IMG/VR virus record: IMGVR_UViG_3300037067_005176
Span: 61,081 to 125,080 of that record
Direction: 5' to 3' (one strand)
Source of the DNA: a virus
Taxonomy: Duplodnaviria; Heunggongvirae; Uroviricota; Caudoviricetes
Length of the DNA: 64,000 bases
The first letter of the stretch is position 1. The number at the start of each line of letters is the position of its first letter. Shown here in pieces: positions 9,298 through 18,784 of this stretch. The notes under the pieces were generated by a model. It saw only the letters and a list, made by a program, of their open reading frames with translations. It was not told where the DNA came from and ran no database searches. The position numbers and the translations under genes are program-made.

Positions 9298-9945
9298 ATG
9301 AAAAGCGTTTTAAGGCAGTATCATTATCTTTATAAAATTACCAATCTTATCAATAATAAGATATACATTGGTATACATTCGACGAATAAATTGGATGATA
9401 GATATTTTGGCAGCGGGCATGTGTTAAAGCGCGCAGTAATAAAAAATGGTGAATTAAATTTTTCCATAAAAATTCTTGAATGGTTTGATTGGAGATGCGA
9501 AGCACTTAGTCGTGAAGCCGAAATAGTTAATGCAGAATTCGTTAAAAGGGATGATACATATAATGTATCATTTGGCGGTGCAGGTGGTATAGTTTCACAT
9601 TCGGATAAAACAATACAAAAAATAAGAGAAAATCGGAAAGGTAAAGGTATTGGTCGTGAAGTTTCAACTAATACAAGATTAAAACTATCTTTAGCAAATT
9701 CCGGTAGGATTCATTCATTAGGATCAAGAATTAACATGCGCAATTCTCATATTGGACACAAAGCTTCTAATGAATCTAGATTAAAAATATCACAGTCTCT
9801 TTATAAACAATGTGTTATTGACGGTGTGATGTATAAAAATATTGATGAAGCAATAGAAATATTGAATTTAAATATAAGCAAGAAAGTTGGATTGAATAGA
9901 ATACGATCAAAGTCTGAAGTGTATAGCAATTGGCGATATGCTTAA
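9298..9945 (+). CDS. GIY-YIG homing endonuclease (Seg-like) with NUMOD3 repeats
   Basis: YLYKITNLINNKIYIGIH, YFGSG, EALSREAEI, YNVSFGG, HS.KT..KI repeats. Confidence 0.9.
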   Translation: MKSVLRQYHYLYKITNLINNKIYIGIHSTNKLDDRYFGSGHVLKRAVIKNGELNFSIKILEWFDWRCEALSREAEIVNAEFVKRDDTYNVSFGGAGGIVSHSDKTIQKIRENRKGKGIGREVSTNTRLKLSLANSGRIHSLGSRINMRNSHIGHKASNESRLKISQSLYKQCVIDGVMYKNIDEAIEILNLNISKKVGLNRIRSKSEVYSNWRYA

Positions 9946-9997
9946 ATATTATGAAGACCAAGGGTTTAAATATCACACTAAGACAATAAATGTGTAG
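9941..9997 (+). repeat. Diverged duplicate of the uvsW 3' end
   Basis: LKYYEDQGFKYHTKTINV* versus LEYYKDQGFIYHNKELKI* (9156-9212); 10/18 residues identical. Confidence 0.8.
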
Positions 9998-10034
9998 ATA
10001 TAAATATCTAAAAAGGTTTTTTATGAGGTAATAA

Positions 10035-10457
10035 ATGGCTAATCAAGTTTACAATTCATTCAAGAGAGATTCAATGGTAGGTGCTTTTAATCTTTCAGCC
10101 GATACGTTAAAAGTTGTGTTAGTAACAAGCGCATATGTTCCAGATATTGATACACATTCAAAATATAGTGATATCACAGACGAGGTTGTAGGCGTTGGTT
10201 ATACAACATCAGGCTCTACGCTTGCTGGAGTTGTTGTATCTGCTGATTTAACTGGCGATAAAGCGGTGTTAGATGCAAACGATGTTACATGGGCATCTTC
10301 AACAATCACCGCTGCAGCGGCAGTTATTTTTAAACAAAATTCAACACCTGCGCTATCTCCCTTAATTGGATATATAGATTTCGGCGGTTCAAAGTCAAGC
10401 TCAAATGGTGATTTTGTAATTCAGTGGAATACATCAGGTATTTTAACATTATCTTAA
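10035..10457 (+). CDS. Virion structural protein (function unknown)
   Basis: Late promoter upstream. DTLKVVLV and YIDFGG.KSS.NGDF.IQW motifs resemble a family of small phage tail-associated proteins. Confidence 0.6.
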   Translation: MANQVYNSFKRDSMVGAFNLSADTLKVVLVTSAYVPDIDTHSKYSDITDEVVGVGYTTSGSTLAGVVVSADLTGDKAVLDANDVTWASSTITAAAAVIFKQNSTPALSPLIGYIDFGGSKSSSNGDFVIQWNTSGILTLS

Positions 10458-10466
10458 TTTAGAATT

Positions 10467-11795
10467 ATGGCTGATTCGGTATTTATTGGACGGGTGTCAT
10501 TCAGCCCAGGCTTTAGCGACGGTTTTGAAACTCAAAACCGTTTGTTATTATCTGCTGTTTACAACATAAACATACCTTTAGTGAGCGGTGGCGTAACCTC
10601 CTCAATAAATGTTTCCGCGTTACCTCAAAATCTTTCAGCAACATATTCTATTATTCCTACTTCAATTATCGAAGGTTCTGGTTTGCTTACTTCAGCAAAC
10701 ATTCTTTCGGCAATTTACAATCTCACGGATCCCCAAATAAAAGCATATGTAACAATTCCTGTAAGTATTATATCAGCATCATATCAATTAAATATTCCTC
10801 AAATATTAAATTCTTCAGTTATTATTCCAGAAATACTTTCTGCTACATACAATTCGGAAGGTGTTAATGTTAGAGGATCGTCAAATACTTTATCTGATAT
10901 CATTGATGTAAATTATCAATTATTAAGTCCAACACTTTCAATTGCAACTACAGCAACTGGAAGTTCTTTAAATGCAACTTATACAATTGAAGATATTAAT
11001 AACATTGTTGAAGTAAATTATACACTCTCTGCAAATGTCATTTCCGGAGCCTACAATCTCAATAATCCAGAAGTAATAATTGCTATCCCGGAATGGTTCA
11101 ATTGCCCTCAGGTTCCTTTTAATGATTACTGGAAAGATGATACTGAGTGTCGTGACAACGAACGAGATTTATATGATACTTTGATTACTGACACATATAA
11201 TAAATTCGCAAGTGTTTGGGTTTATTATCCAACAACATATAACATTACTTACGATAGAGTATTTAAGGAAGATCAGAACAAGTTTGTTATTAGAGCATTC
11301 TCTGCGATGGGTTTCATCGAGGATATTCCTCCTGAACATAAAACATGGCAACTTGAAGGTATTATAGGAATGGATATAGTTAGAGCATATTTCTCGATTG
11401 ATCATTTTACTGAGGCATCAACATTCTCCGGAATTACCTCAGGAATATATGAATCATATCAACCAACTGTCGGTGATATTTGTTACTTAACTCCAAACGA
11501 TGTATTTTATGAAGTTATCAACGTCAAGACAACAGTTGAACAATTTATGAATAGAGCTCATAATTATGAATTGGTTCTTAGAGTATTCAGAGACAATAAA
11601 ATGACTGTTAGTGCAAATAGTCCTACATTACCTTCAACTGATCCAATTTATACAGTTTGTACATCAGCTATATCTGCAACCGAACAATTTAGTGACTATC
11701 TTTCAATCAATACTAAAGTAGGCGAATTATTTAGCGCAATTGAATATGTTCCTAAACCAGGCGAACATTTATCTGATTCATTTGGCGGATGGTAA
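10467..11795 (+). CDS. gp14-like neck protein paralog with N-terminal repeat extension
   Basis: C-terminal ~235 aa resemble 23490..24212 (Y..TY...D.VF.ED, P.VGD, YEVINVK, terminal P.PGE...FGGW/F). N-terminus has ~8 (L/I)SAxYxLxxP-type repeats. Confidence 0.7.
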   Translation: MADSVFIGRVSFSPGFSDGFETQNRLLLSAVYNINIPLVSGGVTSSINVSALPQNLSATYSIIPTSIIEGSGLLTSANILSAIYNLTDPQIKAYVTIPVSIISASYQLNIPQILNSSVIIPEILSATYNSEGVNVRGSSNTLSDIIDVNYQLLSPTLSIATTATGSSLNATYTIEDINNIVEVNYTLSANVISGAYNLNNPEVIIAIPEWFNCPQVPFNDYWKDDTECRDNERDLYDTLITDTYNKFASVWVYYPTTYNITYDRVFKEDQNKFVIRAFSAMGFIEDIPPEHKTWQLEGIIGMDIVRAYFSIDHFTEASTFSGITSGIYESYQPTVGDICYLTPNDVFYEVINVKTTVEQFMNRAHNYELVLRVFRDNKMTVSANSPTLPSTDPIYTVCTSAISATEQFSDYLSINTKVGELFSAIEYVPKPGEHLSDSFGGW

Positions 11796-11822
11796 TAAAT
11801 AAAATAAAATACGAGGGATAAC

Positions 11823-12557
11823 ATGGCTGATATAAAGAAAACGTTAAGTAAATTATTAATCGATTATGCTGATAATAATATTGGTAATATCACTCCTCAG
11901 TTTTTAAGAAATGGATTTAAAACTACTATTGGTTCAATGGCAGTGTCCGCTGTTAATTCAAATTATGCATTAATCGAAGATGACATATTTGTAAATGCAA
12001 TTCCAACAACAGCCGATGTAAACATTTTAATTCCATCACCTTCAGATTTCACAGAAAAATATTTCATCATAAAAAATTCAGGAACTACATATAATGTTAT
12101 AGTGTCAGGATCGGTTGACAATTTATCTAATTATACACTAACACCAGGAAATACTTTAGGAATTGAAGCCGACGGTTCAACATGGTTATCTTATATAAAA
12201 CCGTTTGATACATCAAGTTACGTCCATAATTCAACACTATCAGGTTCCGGAACATCTGGATCACCACTAGGTGTAACAATTTCTTTAAGCGCTGGTATTC
12301 AAAACGTTAATGTAACATCCGCGTCCGAAGGAAATATTTTAGCATACACCAATGGATCATGGGTCGCAAGAGGCAATTTTTATAATTGGGATGATACAGC
12401 TCAAATTATTTATAATTATCAAGAACTTTGGAATGCTAAAGTTGGGTCTTATTCAACACCTCAATCTGCGTATTTAGTTTCGGCGGTCGCGGTTGTTTCC
12501 GCAATGCCAATACCGGCATCAAGAATTCCAAATGTTTTATATTTCTTATTGAGTTAA
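11823..12557 (+). CDS. Putative virion fibre/collar protein
   Basis: Ser/Thr/Gly-rich ORF in the late cluster; GSGTSGSPLGV and GNILAYTNGSW resemble fibre repeats. Confidence 0.45.
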   Translation: MADIKKTLSKLLIDYADNNIGNITPQFLRNGFKTTIGSMAVSAVNSNYALIEDDIFVNAIPTTADVNILIPSPSDFTEKYFIIKNSGTTYNVIVSGSVDNLSNYTLTPGNTLGIEADGSTWLSYIKPFDTSSYVHNSTLSGSGTSGSPLGVTISLSAGIQNVNVTSASEGNILAYTNGSWVARGNFYNWDDTAQIIYNYQELWNAKVGSYSTPQSAYLVSAVAVVSAMPIPASRIPNVLYFLLS

Positions 12558-12559
12558 AC

Positions 12560-13144
12560 ATGGCAACCGATACAATTTTACTTGGTGGTTTTACAAACTG
12601 TAGTGCAATTGCATACGGATATCAAGACATTTCTCAGGTTTGGTTTGGCAATTCGTTAGTTTGGTCTGCGACTTCAGGTTCTCCTCCACCAACATCGGCT
12701 TGGATAAATATCAATAATGGAACTGTAGGTGTTGCATATACTCCAGTTTCAAATGTTTATTTAGTATCAGCAACAATGGTTTTGGATACTTCTCAAGGCT
12801 TTAATTATCTTAATGGTGTTTGGCGCTTGTCAGGTAATGTTGGTATAAAAACGGAAGCATATGAAAATGCTGGTTTAGCTCCTGTAAATATTGGTACACT
12901 AAATGGCAAAACCGCATGGCGTCATTCCTATGTATTTGCTGGAACTACTGTATTGTCTGCAGGAGTTACATATCTTATACATTTGGGATATAACTTTGCA
13001 GACGAAGTTCAATATTTAAATGGCGACGCAATTCCATATCACGGTTTAAATTGGGGTTGGGCCGTAAGTCAATCTCAAACACAGACTTTAACTTCAGTTC
13101 CAACAAGTGGAATGTATATAAACGTTGCGACTCAGGCGGTATAA
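12560..13144 (+). CDS. Hypothetical virion-associated protein
   Basis: Intact ORF closely packed in the operon; beta-rich composition. Confidence 0.5.
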   Translation: MATDTILLGGFTNCSAIAYGYQDISQVWFGNSLVWSATSGSPPPTSAWININNGTVGVAYTPVSNVYLVSATMVLDTSQGFNYLNGVWRLSGNVGIKTEAYENAGLAPVNIGTLNGKTAWRHSYVFAGTTVLSAGVTYLIHLGYNFADEVQYLNGDAIPYHGLNWGWAVSQSQTQTLTSVPTSGMYINVATQAV

Positions 13145-13145
13145 T

Positions 13146-13760
13146 ATGATTTATGTAATTGATAAAGATTTAAGCATTGTGAAATTAACAGGTTACGACC
13201 TTGAAAAAGTTAAAGCAGCTATTCAGGAACTAGGATTAACAAACTACGAAATTTTAACGGAGATTAATACTATGAACTATGTAAGCAGAATTTATAAAGT
13301 TGACAATATTGTCATTTATAACAATCCATCATTTTGGAAGACAAATGCACAAAATATTATAAACGATTATAGTAATCATATAGTAGTCGACTTTTTGGAA
13401 AAACCTGTTGGATTGGATCAATTCAAAAATGAATATTATAATAATGCTACAAGAATTGAAATCACAAAAGAAGGCATCGCAGCCCAAATTCAATATAATA
13501 GAATTATTGGCGGGGAGTTTATTGATATTTTTAGGGAGGAATGTATTGTATATGATGCACAGGCTTTGGGTATGAATGAAGCTGCAATAATGACTAAAGT
13601 GAAAGATATGGTTGATCTTTTAATTGCTGGGGCATTTCATAGTGCAGTAGATTTTTTGAATTACTTAAAAACAAATCCAGACGAATTTCTTACCATTGAA
13701 AGAATATCAAAATATATCGTAATGTTAGAATCAGCAGACTCGATTACATATAATAAATAA
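13146..13760 (+). CDS. Hypothetical protein
   Basis: ATG 13146 immediately after the previous stop; typical codon usage. Confidence 0.6.
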   Translation: MIYVIDKDLSIVKLTGYDLEKVKAAIQELGLTNYEILTEINTMNYVSRIYKVDNIVIYNNPSFWKTNAQNIINDYSNHIVVDFLEKPVGLDQFKNEYYNNATRIEITKEGIAAQIQYNRIIGGEFIDIFREECIVYDAQALGMNEAAIMTKVKDMVDLLIAGAFHSAVDFLNYLKTNPDEFLTIERISKYIVMLESADSITYNK

Positions 13761-13764
13761 TAGT

Positions 13765-14172
13765 ATGGCAAATAAAAACGACACTGATTCAATTTTAGCT
13801 TACGTCTTGATGAAGTCAATTTTGACTAATCCTCAAGCTACATTAGCGTATTCTTTAGGATTAATTGATAATAAAGGACATGTTATAAAAGAACCTGAAA
13901 CGCATGATGAAAAGGAATCATTAACAGTTTTAGATAAATTAGGTTTTAAGTTGCGTCGCATGTTAGGTGCAAGAATTTCAGAATTATCTTCTTTTGCTTA
14001 CATTAAATCAATTCCCGAAAAATATCAATATCAAATGTCTTCAAACAACGTTGAGAAAAAAGCGATGATTAAACGAGTAACTGCTGGCATTGAAAATCTT
14101 ACAGAATCTCAAAAGATGACATTTGATGAAATTGTTAAAATTTATTTAAATGAATCATTGAAGGAGAAGTAA
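13765..14172 (+). CDS. Conserved T4-like hypothetical protein
   Basis: AY.LG.ID.KG.VIK...T..EK...T...KL.F.L.R.L pattern seen in T4-like head clusters. Confidence 0.6.
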   Translation: MANKNDTDSILAYVLMKSILTNPQATLAYSLGLIDNKGHVIKEPETHDEKESLTVLDKLGFKLRRMLGARISELSSFAYIKSIPEKYQYQMSSNNVEKKAMIKRVTAGIENLTESQKMTFDEIVKIYLNESLKEK

Positions 14173-14173
14173 T

Positions 14174-14491
14174 ATGCCAAATAACGTTGTAAGATCATTT
14201 GCTAAAAAATCTGGAAAAACTGTTGATGAAGTTGAAGTTCTTTGGAAGAATGCTGAAGATATTGCTTCTAAAAATTCAGATATTGATGGCGAAGCAAAGT
14301 ACGCATATATCGTTGGTATTTTGAAAAAAATGTTAAGCATTGATGAAGATTTTGGAATTAGTGTAAGTGGTCCCGCTGCTTTAGATCAAGGTGTTCCTGA
14401 ATCTGGAAATTCTGGCGTTTTTGCAAATAAGATTGACAAAATACAGAAGCGTAAATATTCTTTTAGAGATTATATAAAAGACAGGAAATAA
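14174..14491 (+). CDS. Small conserved phage protein
   Basis: FAKKSGK....VE.LW..A...YAYIVGILKKML pattern. Confidence 0.55.
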   Translation: MPNNVVRSFAKKSGKTVDEVEVLWKNAEDIASKNSDIDGEAKYAYIVGILKKMLSIDEDFGISVSGPAALDQGVPESGNSGVFANKIDKIQKRKYSFRDYIKDRK

Positions 14492-14998
14492 ATGGCTGAT
14501 TCATATGCATCAATCAAAAAGTACTTTGAATTTATGAAGTCCGTTTCAGAACGTTCCAATAAATTCTTAATAGGCAATTTCTATGCATATGAATATCATT
14601 TTGATAAAACTGATAAAGATTTTGATGAATTGAAGTTTTATGATAAGTATCCTTTGATTTATTTAATAAGCAAAGGTCCTACAGACAATACTTTTTATGG
14701 CCTTAATCTTCATCAGATCCCAGTTCGTTCTCGTTTAATTTGGTTAACGAGATTTGATAAAATTGCTGAAATACTTCAAGAAGATCAAAGAGCAATCTAC
14801 AGATACGAATTTATAAAATCATTTTTCATAAAAGCTGTATTCGGCGTACGAATGTATAGAGCCGATAGAATAGTAAAATTGAGAAGGGTTGATTCAACAA
14901 AGATGTATGATCTTTCAAGATTTTACTCTAAAACTTATTATGGTACAACGATCGATGCTATTGAAGTTCGTTATGCAAACTATAATCCTTATAAATAG
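14492..14998 (+). CDS. gp2: DNA end protector protein
   Basis: GNFYAYEY...FYDKYPLI...FYGLNLHQIP resembles the gp2 YDxFPL...GLNLHY motif. Confidence 0.75.
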   Translation: MADSYASIKKYFEFMKSVSERSNKFLIGNFYAYEYHFDKTDKDFDELKFYDKYPLIYLISKGPTDNTFYGLNLHQIPVRSRLIWLTRFDKIAEILQEDQRAIYRYEFIKSFFIKAVFGVRMYRADRIVKLRRVDSTKMYDLSRFYSKTYYGTTIDAIEVRYANYNPYK

Positions 14999-15003
14999 AT
15001 TTT

Positions 15004-15030
15004 ATGCAAATAAATTTTTTAAACCCTTAA
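15004..15030 (+). repeat. Relic duplicate of the gp20 5' end (mini-ORF MQINFLNP*)
   Basis: 17-bp perfect direct repeat ATAAATTTTTTAAACCC at 15010-15026 and 15105-15121. Confidence 0.75.
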
Positions 15031-15095
15031 TGATATGTTAATAAATATTTCAAAGATAAAAATAATAATGATTTTATGATATGTGAGAAGACAAA

Positions 15096-16667
15096 ATGAG
15101 CATGATAAATTTTTTAAACCCATTTTCCAAATATTTTCTTGCTCCAGAGCAGGAGACTGCAAGAGCAACCGAACATGAATTTACACAAAATTCTCAAGGT
15201 GTTGCAGATGATATTGATGCATTCAACCAATATATGTATCAGTACGGTTATAACTCTGGCGAGAACGGCGCAGAGTTTAATCAAACAGGAATAATCTTTG
15301 ACCAAATTTTTAATGATAAGTATCAAAGAATTCAGAAATATCGTTCAATGACATGGTATCCTCCTTGCAATAAAGCTTTAAATATTGTATGCGATGAATG
15401 CGTTGTTGAAAATTCTGTTGGTAAGATTGCATCGTTTGGATTAGAAGAAACTTTTGCTGCATCATTAAAACCAGTTGAGATGAAACAGTTGGAATTAGAA
15501 TTCCAATATATAATGAACACTGTCTTTAAAGCAAAAGACCAAATGTTTGATTTATTCAAGAAGTGGCTTGTAGATGGCGAGTTGTTTTTAGAAATCGTTG
15601 TATCAACTGACGGTAAGAATGTCATTGGCGTTAAAGCACTTCCTCCTTTTTATACTTTCCCAGTTTACAACGAAGGTGTACTTACAGGATTTTTTGAAAC
15701 TGTACCAAATGTTATAAGCGGAAATACTGATGTCCGTCAATTCCCAGCATCGCAAATTGCATATTCATCTTTCGGAGTTTTTGGAAGAAATAAGCAGGAT
15801 GTTCGTGGATATTTAGAAGCATCAATTCGTTCTTATAATCAATTAAAAAGTATTGAAGATGCACTTGTTGTTTATCGTTTAACTCGTGCTCCAGAAAAAA
15901 GAATGTGGAACATTGAAACTGGTCGTATGACACCTGCTAAAGCTGAAGAGTATGTTCGTAAATTAATGAACAAATATAAGAAGCGTCTTTCTTATGATCC
16001 TGAGACTGGTGCAATCAATTCATCAAAAAATATTCAAGCATTAACTGAAGACTTTTGGTTTCCTAAGTCAGAAGGTCAAGGCTCAACTGTTGATACATTG
16101 CAAGGTGGAACAACATTCATTGGACAACTTGAAGATGTTCAGATGTTCCAAAATCAATTATATGATGCGATGTTAATTCCTAAATCAAGATGGAATTCTG
16201 ATTCAGGCGCAACATATACTGCAGGAACAGATATTGCTCGTGAAGAATATAATTTTGCAAAGTTCACAAAGAGACTACAAAAAAGATTTAGAAAAGTTAT
16301 TATGGATGTGTTCATCCAACAGTTGCGTGTTAGAGGATATGATAAAAAATATTTAGATCGTTCTTCATATGATATTCAAATGTGCACTAATAACTTCTTT
16401 GAAGAATATAAGACGTTCCAATTAAATGAACAACGCGCAACAGTATTAAATAACTTTGCACAATATATGCCAAGTAGAGAAAATGTAAATGGTCCTGTTA
16501 AACCAATATTCTCAAAGTCTTTTGTGATGGAACATATGATGTTAATTAATGATGAAGATCGTCTTAAGAATCAATTAACACTTGATAAAGAGATGGCCGA
16601 AATTAAAGATGATTTGACAAAGAACCCTCCACCTGATGATGGAATGGGTGGTGAACAAGGCTTTTAG
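15096..16667 (+). CDS. gp20: Portal vertex protein
   Basis: IEDALVVYRLTRAPEKR, ETGRM...KAEEY, EDFWFP, REEYNFAKF..RLQKRF. Confidence 0.97.
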   Translation: MSMINFLNPFSKYFLAPEQETARATEHEFTQNSQGVADDIDAFNQYMYQYGYNSGENGAEFNQTGIIFDQIFNDKYQRIQKYRSMTWYPPCNKALNIVCDECVVENSVGKIASFGLEETFAASLKPVEMKQLELEFQYIMNTVFKAKDQMFDLFKKWLVDGELFLEIVVSTDGKNVIGVKALPPFYTFPVYNEGVLTGFFETVPNVISGNTDVRQFPASQIAYSSFGVFGRNKQDVRGYLEASIRSYNQLKSIEDALVVYRLTRAPEKRMWNIETGRMTPAKAEEYVRKLMNKYKKRLSYDPETGAINSSKNIQALTEDFWFPKSEGQGSTVDTLQGGTTFIGQLEDVQMFQNQLYDAMLIPKSRWNSDSGATYTAGTDIAREEYNFAKFTKRLQKRFRKVIMDVFIQQLRVRGYDKKYLDRSSYDIQMCTNNFFEEYKTFQLNEQRATVLNNFAQYMPSRENVNGPVKPIFSKSFVMEHMMLINDEDRLKNQLTLDKEMAEIKDDLTKNPPPDDGMGGEQGF

Positions 16668-16701
16668 TATAAATAATTAAAATTTTGTTTTAGGAGTGCA
16701 T

Positions 16702-17154
16702 ATGAATATTAAAAAGAAAGTAAAAGATAAGGATTCAGCTGTTGTAATTGCAACGGAGTCTAAGAAAGTAAAGAGAGGCGGTTCCGTAACTGGTAACGCA
16801 ATTACTGAAGAAGACGAGGAAGATGAAGAAACTAAAGATGAAGAGTCTGAGGATGATGAATTGAACTTGGACGACGATGAAGTACCTGAAGATGACGAGT
16901 CTGAAGAAGTACCTGAAGAAGACGAAGAAACTGAAGATGACGAGTCAGAAGAAGATGACAAGAAAGTTATTAAAATGAAAATTAAAACTGCTGCTATTAA
17001 AGAAAGCACTGATCATATCATTGGTATTATTTCAACTGGAAAGTTACATCTTCTTGAAGATGATATTATGGGCGTTGTTAGTTCAAAAATCCGTGAAAAG
17101 ATTGAAGAACGCAAATCTCAGATAAAAGCTAAAATTGCATTTGGCGAGGGATAA
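16702..17154 (+). CDS. gp67: Acidic prohead core protein (gp67-like)
   Basis: Directly after the portal gene; Asp/Glu-rich tract; C-terminal SKIREKIEERKSQI. Confidence 0.55.
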   Translation: MNIKKKVKDKDSAVVIATESKKVKRGGSVTGNAITEEDEEDEETKDEESEDDELNLDDDEVPEDDESEEVPEEDEETEDDESEEDDKKVIKMKIKTAAIKESTDHIIGIISTGKLHLLEDDIMGVVSSKIREKIEERKSQIKAKIAFGEG

Positions 17155-17160
17155 AACAAA

Positions 17161-17193
17161 ATAGGCGATAAATTCGCCTATTTTTATAAATAT
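17161..17193 (+). terminator. Intrinsic terminator followed by late promoter
   Basis: ATAGGCGA/TCGCCTAT stem plus T-run, then TATAAATA. Confidence 0.65.
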
Positions 17194-17235
17194 AAGATAT
17201 ACACAACCAATGCAATTGAGGAATTATGAAATCGA

Positions 17236-17589
17236 ATGTTTAAGCATTTGTATATGAAAGATGACAATAATAAACATAAAGCACACACCATAAATCTTAT
17301 TACTAAAGCTGGTTATAATATTAGAGATTATATAGTAAAACTGGTTGATTGTATATCGGACGACGATGCATTAAGAATTGAAATGCAATTTATTGAAGAA
17401 TTAAAAACTATAGGATTAACAAACAAGACTTTAGGTGGTGAAGGAATACTTGGATTTAAACATTCCGATGAAACTAAATTAAAATTATCAAAAATGTTTA
17501 GTGCAGAGAATAATCCAGCATTTGGCCGTACGTTTAGGTTTTCGTCAGAAAGTAAAAATAAATATTTTGTAGAACAGGAGATTAAATGA
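17236..17589 (+). pseudogene. N-terminally truncated GIY-YIG homing endonuclease
   Basis: In-frame *NRMFKHL (catalytic Arg region), A..IE...I, LTNKTLGGEG and HSDETKLKLS NUMOD3. The GIY/YIG motifs are missing. Confidence 0.7.
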
Positions 17590-18221
17590 AACTTATCAGA
17601 GAGCATATAGAATTTGATGACATTCAGTTCTTGACTGAATCATCAGGTGATCAAAAATGGTGGAAAATTAAAGGATCATTTTTGACTGCAGAAAAGAAAA
17701 ACAGGAATGGACGTGTTTATTCTAAGCAATTGATTGAACGCGAAGTTAGCGCATACAATAAAGAATTTGTTTCAACAAAATCCGCGTATGGAGAATTGGA
17801 TCACCCCCCAACTCCACAATTAAATCTTGATAGAGTTTCGCATATTTGTGAATCTTTAGATTTAGATGGAAACAATGGAATTGGATGCGCAAGGCTTCTT
17901 GATACACCAATGGGAATGATTGCTCAAAAGATTCTTGCTGGTGGAGGACGCCTTGGCGTCTCAACACGGGGGATTGGAACTTTAAAAGGCGAAAACGTAA
18001 ATGATGATTACAAACTTTTAGCTATTGATATAGTTGCGAACCCATCGGCCCCTGATGCATATGTGAACGGTATTTTCGAATCAAAGGAATGGATTCTTCA
18101 AGGTAACACAATTTATGAAAAGAATTATGAAGAGTTTGAAGAACAACTTCGAAAAAATGCATCTCATGAAAATGTAGTGAAAGCATTAAACGATTTTGTT
18201 CAGTTTATTAAGAGAGGTTAA
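17586..18221 (+). CDS. gp21: Prohead protease
   Basis: NRNGRVY, GELDHP, LDRVSH, LDTPMG, LGVSTRGIG, DIVANPSAPDAYV. Confidence 0.96.
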   Translation: MKLIREHIEFDDIQFLTESSGDQKWWKIKGSFLTAEKKNRNGRVYSKQLIEREVSAYNKEFVSTKSAYGELDHPPTPQLNLDRVSHICESLDLDGNNGIGCARLLDTPMGMIAQKILAGGGRLGVSTRGIGTLKGENVNDDYKLLAIDIVANPSAPDAYVNGIFESKEWILQGNTIYEKNYEEFEEQLRKNASHENVVKALNDFVQFIKRG

Positions 18222-18222
18222 T

Positions 18223-18645
18223 ATGGACGAAAGCTTCAGAACGTTTTTGCAATCTTCAAAGAATGTAAAACATGAACCTAAAAAAACTTTTACAGTAAAA
18301 CCTGTAGTCGAAAATAAAGTTGTAATTTCTTCTGATCCTAGAGTCGGTATCCTCAAGGAAAAAGTTGAATATTTTTGTAAGAAATATGGAGATATTGGCG
18401 CAGATGCTTTAGACGATTTTTTCAAAGAAAGCGTTGAAAAGTTTTCTGGGTTTAAGTCTTCTATAAAATCAGTTGGAATTTCAGAACGAACAGTTGTTGA
18501 ATCCGCAAAACCAATGAATGATATAGAAAGAGCAAATGCAATTCTTATTGGAGAAATCAAAGGAGTACCTGCAACTCAACAAAGTAATAAACAAAAGATG
18601 AATCCGAATGATATAATGGCAAGAGCTGCATCAATAATGGGTTAA
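18223..18645 (+). CDS. Hypothetical head-cluster protein
   Basis: SD GAGG, ATG 18223; lies between gp21 and gp22. Confidence 0.6.
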   Translation: MDESFRTFLQSSKNVKHEPKKTFTVKPVVENKVVISSDPRVGILKEKVEYFCKKYGDIGADALDDFFKESVEKFSGFKSSIKSVGISERTVVESAKPMNDIERANAILIGEIKGVPATQQSNKQKMNPNDIMARAASIMG

Positions 18646-18665
18646 ATTAAATAGTAATTAATATA

Positions 18666-18690
18666 AAGGAGGGTAAAACCTCCTTTTTTA
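18666..18690 (+). terminator. Intrinsic terminator
   Basis: AAAGGAGG-gtaaaa-CCTCCTTT plus T-run. Confidence 0.7.
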
Positions 18691-18733
18691 GCACATATTT
18701 TAAAAAATATAACTATTCACATTTGTAAATAAT

Positions 18734-18765
18734 AGTAATTACACAAGTAATTACACAAGTAATTA
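18734..18765. repeat. 12-bp tandem repeat (AGTAATTACACA x2.7)
   Basis: Direct reading of the sequence upstream of gp22. Confidence 0.85.
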
Positions 18766-18784
18766 AGCTAAATGGAGGATTAAT

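Noticed and set aside
9156-9997. Group I intron in uvsW
   Set aside because: uvsW is complete before the HEG, and no P7/conserved core or terminal omega-G context was recognised.
16677-17009. Poly-Ser ORF on the minus strand
   Set aside because: Antisense shadow of the GAA/GAT-rich acidic gp67-like gene.
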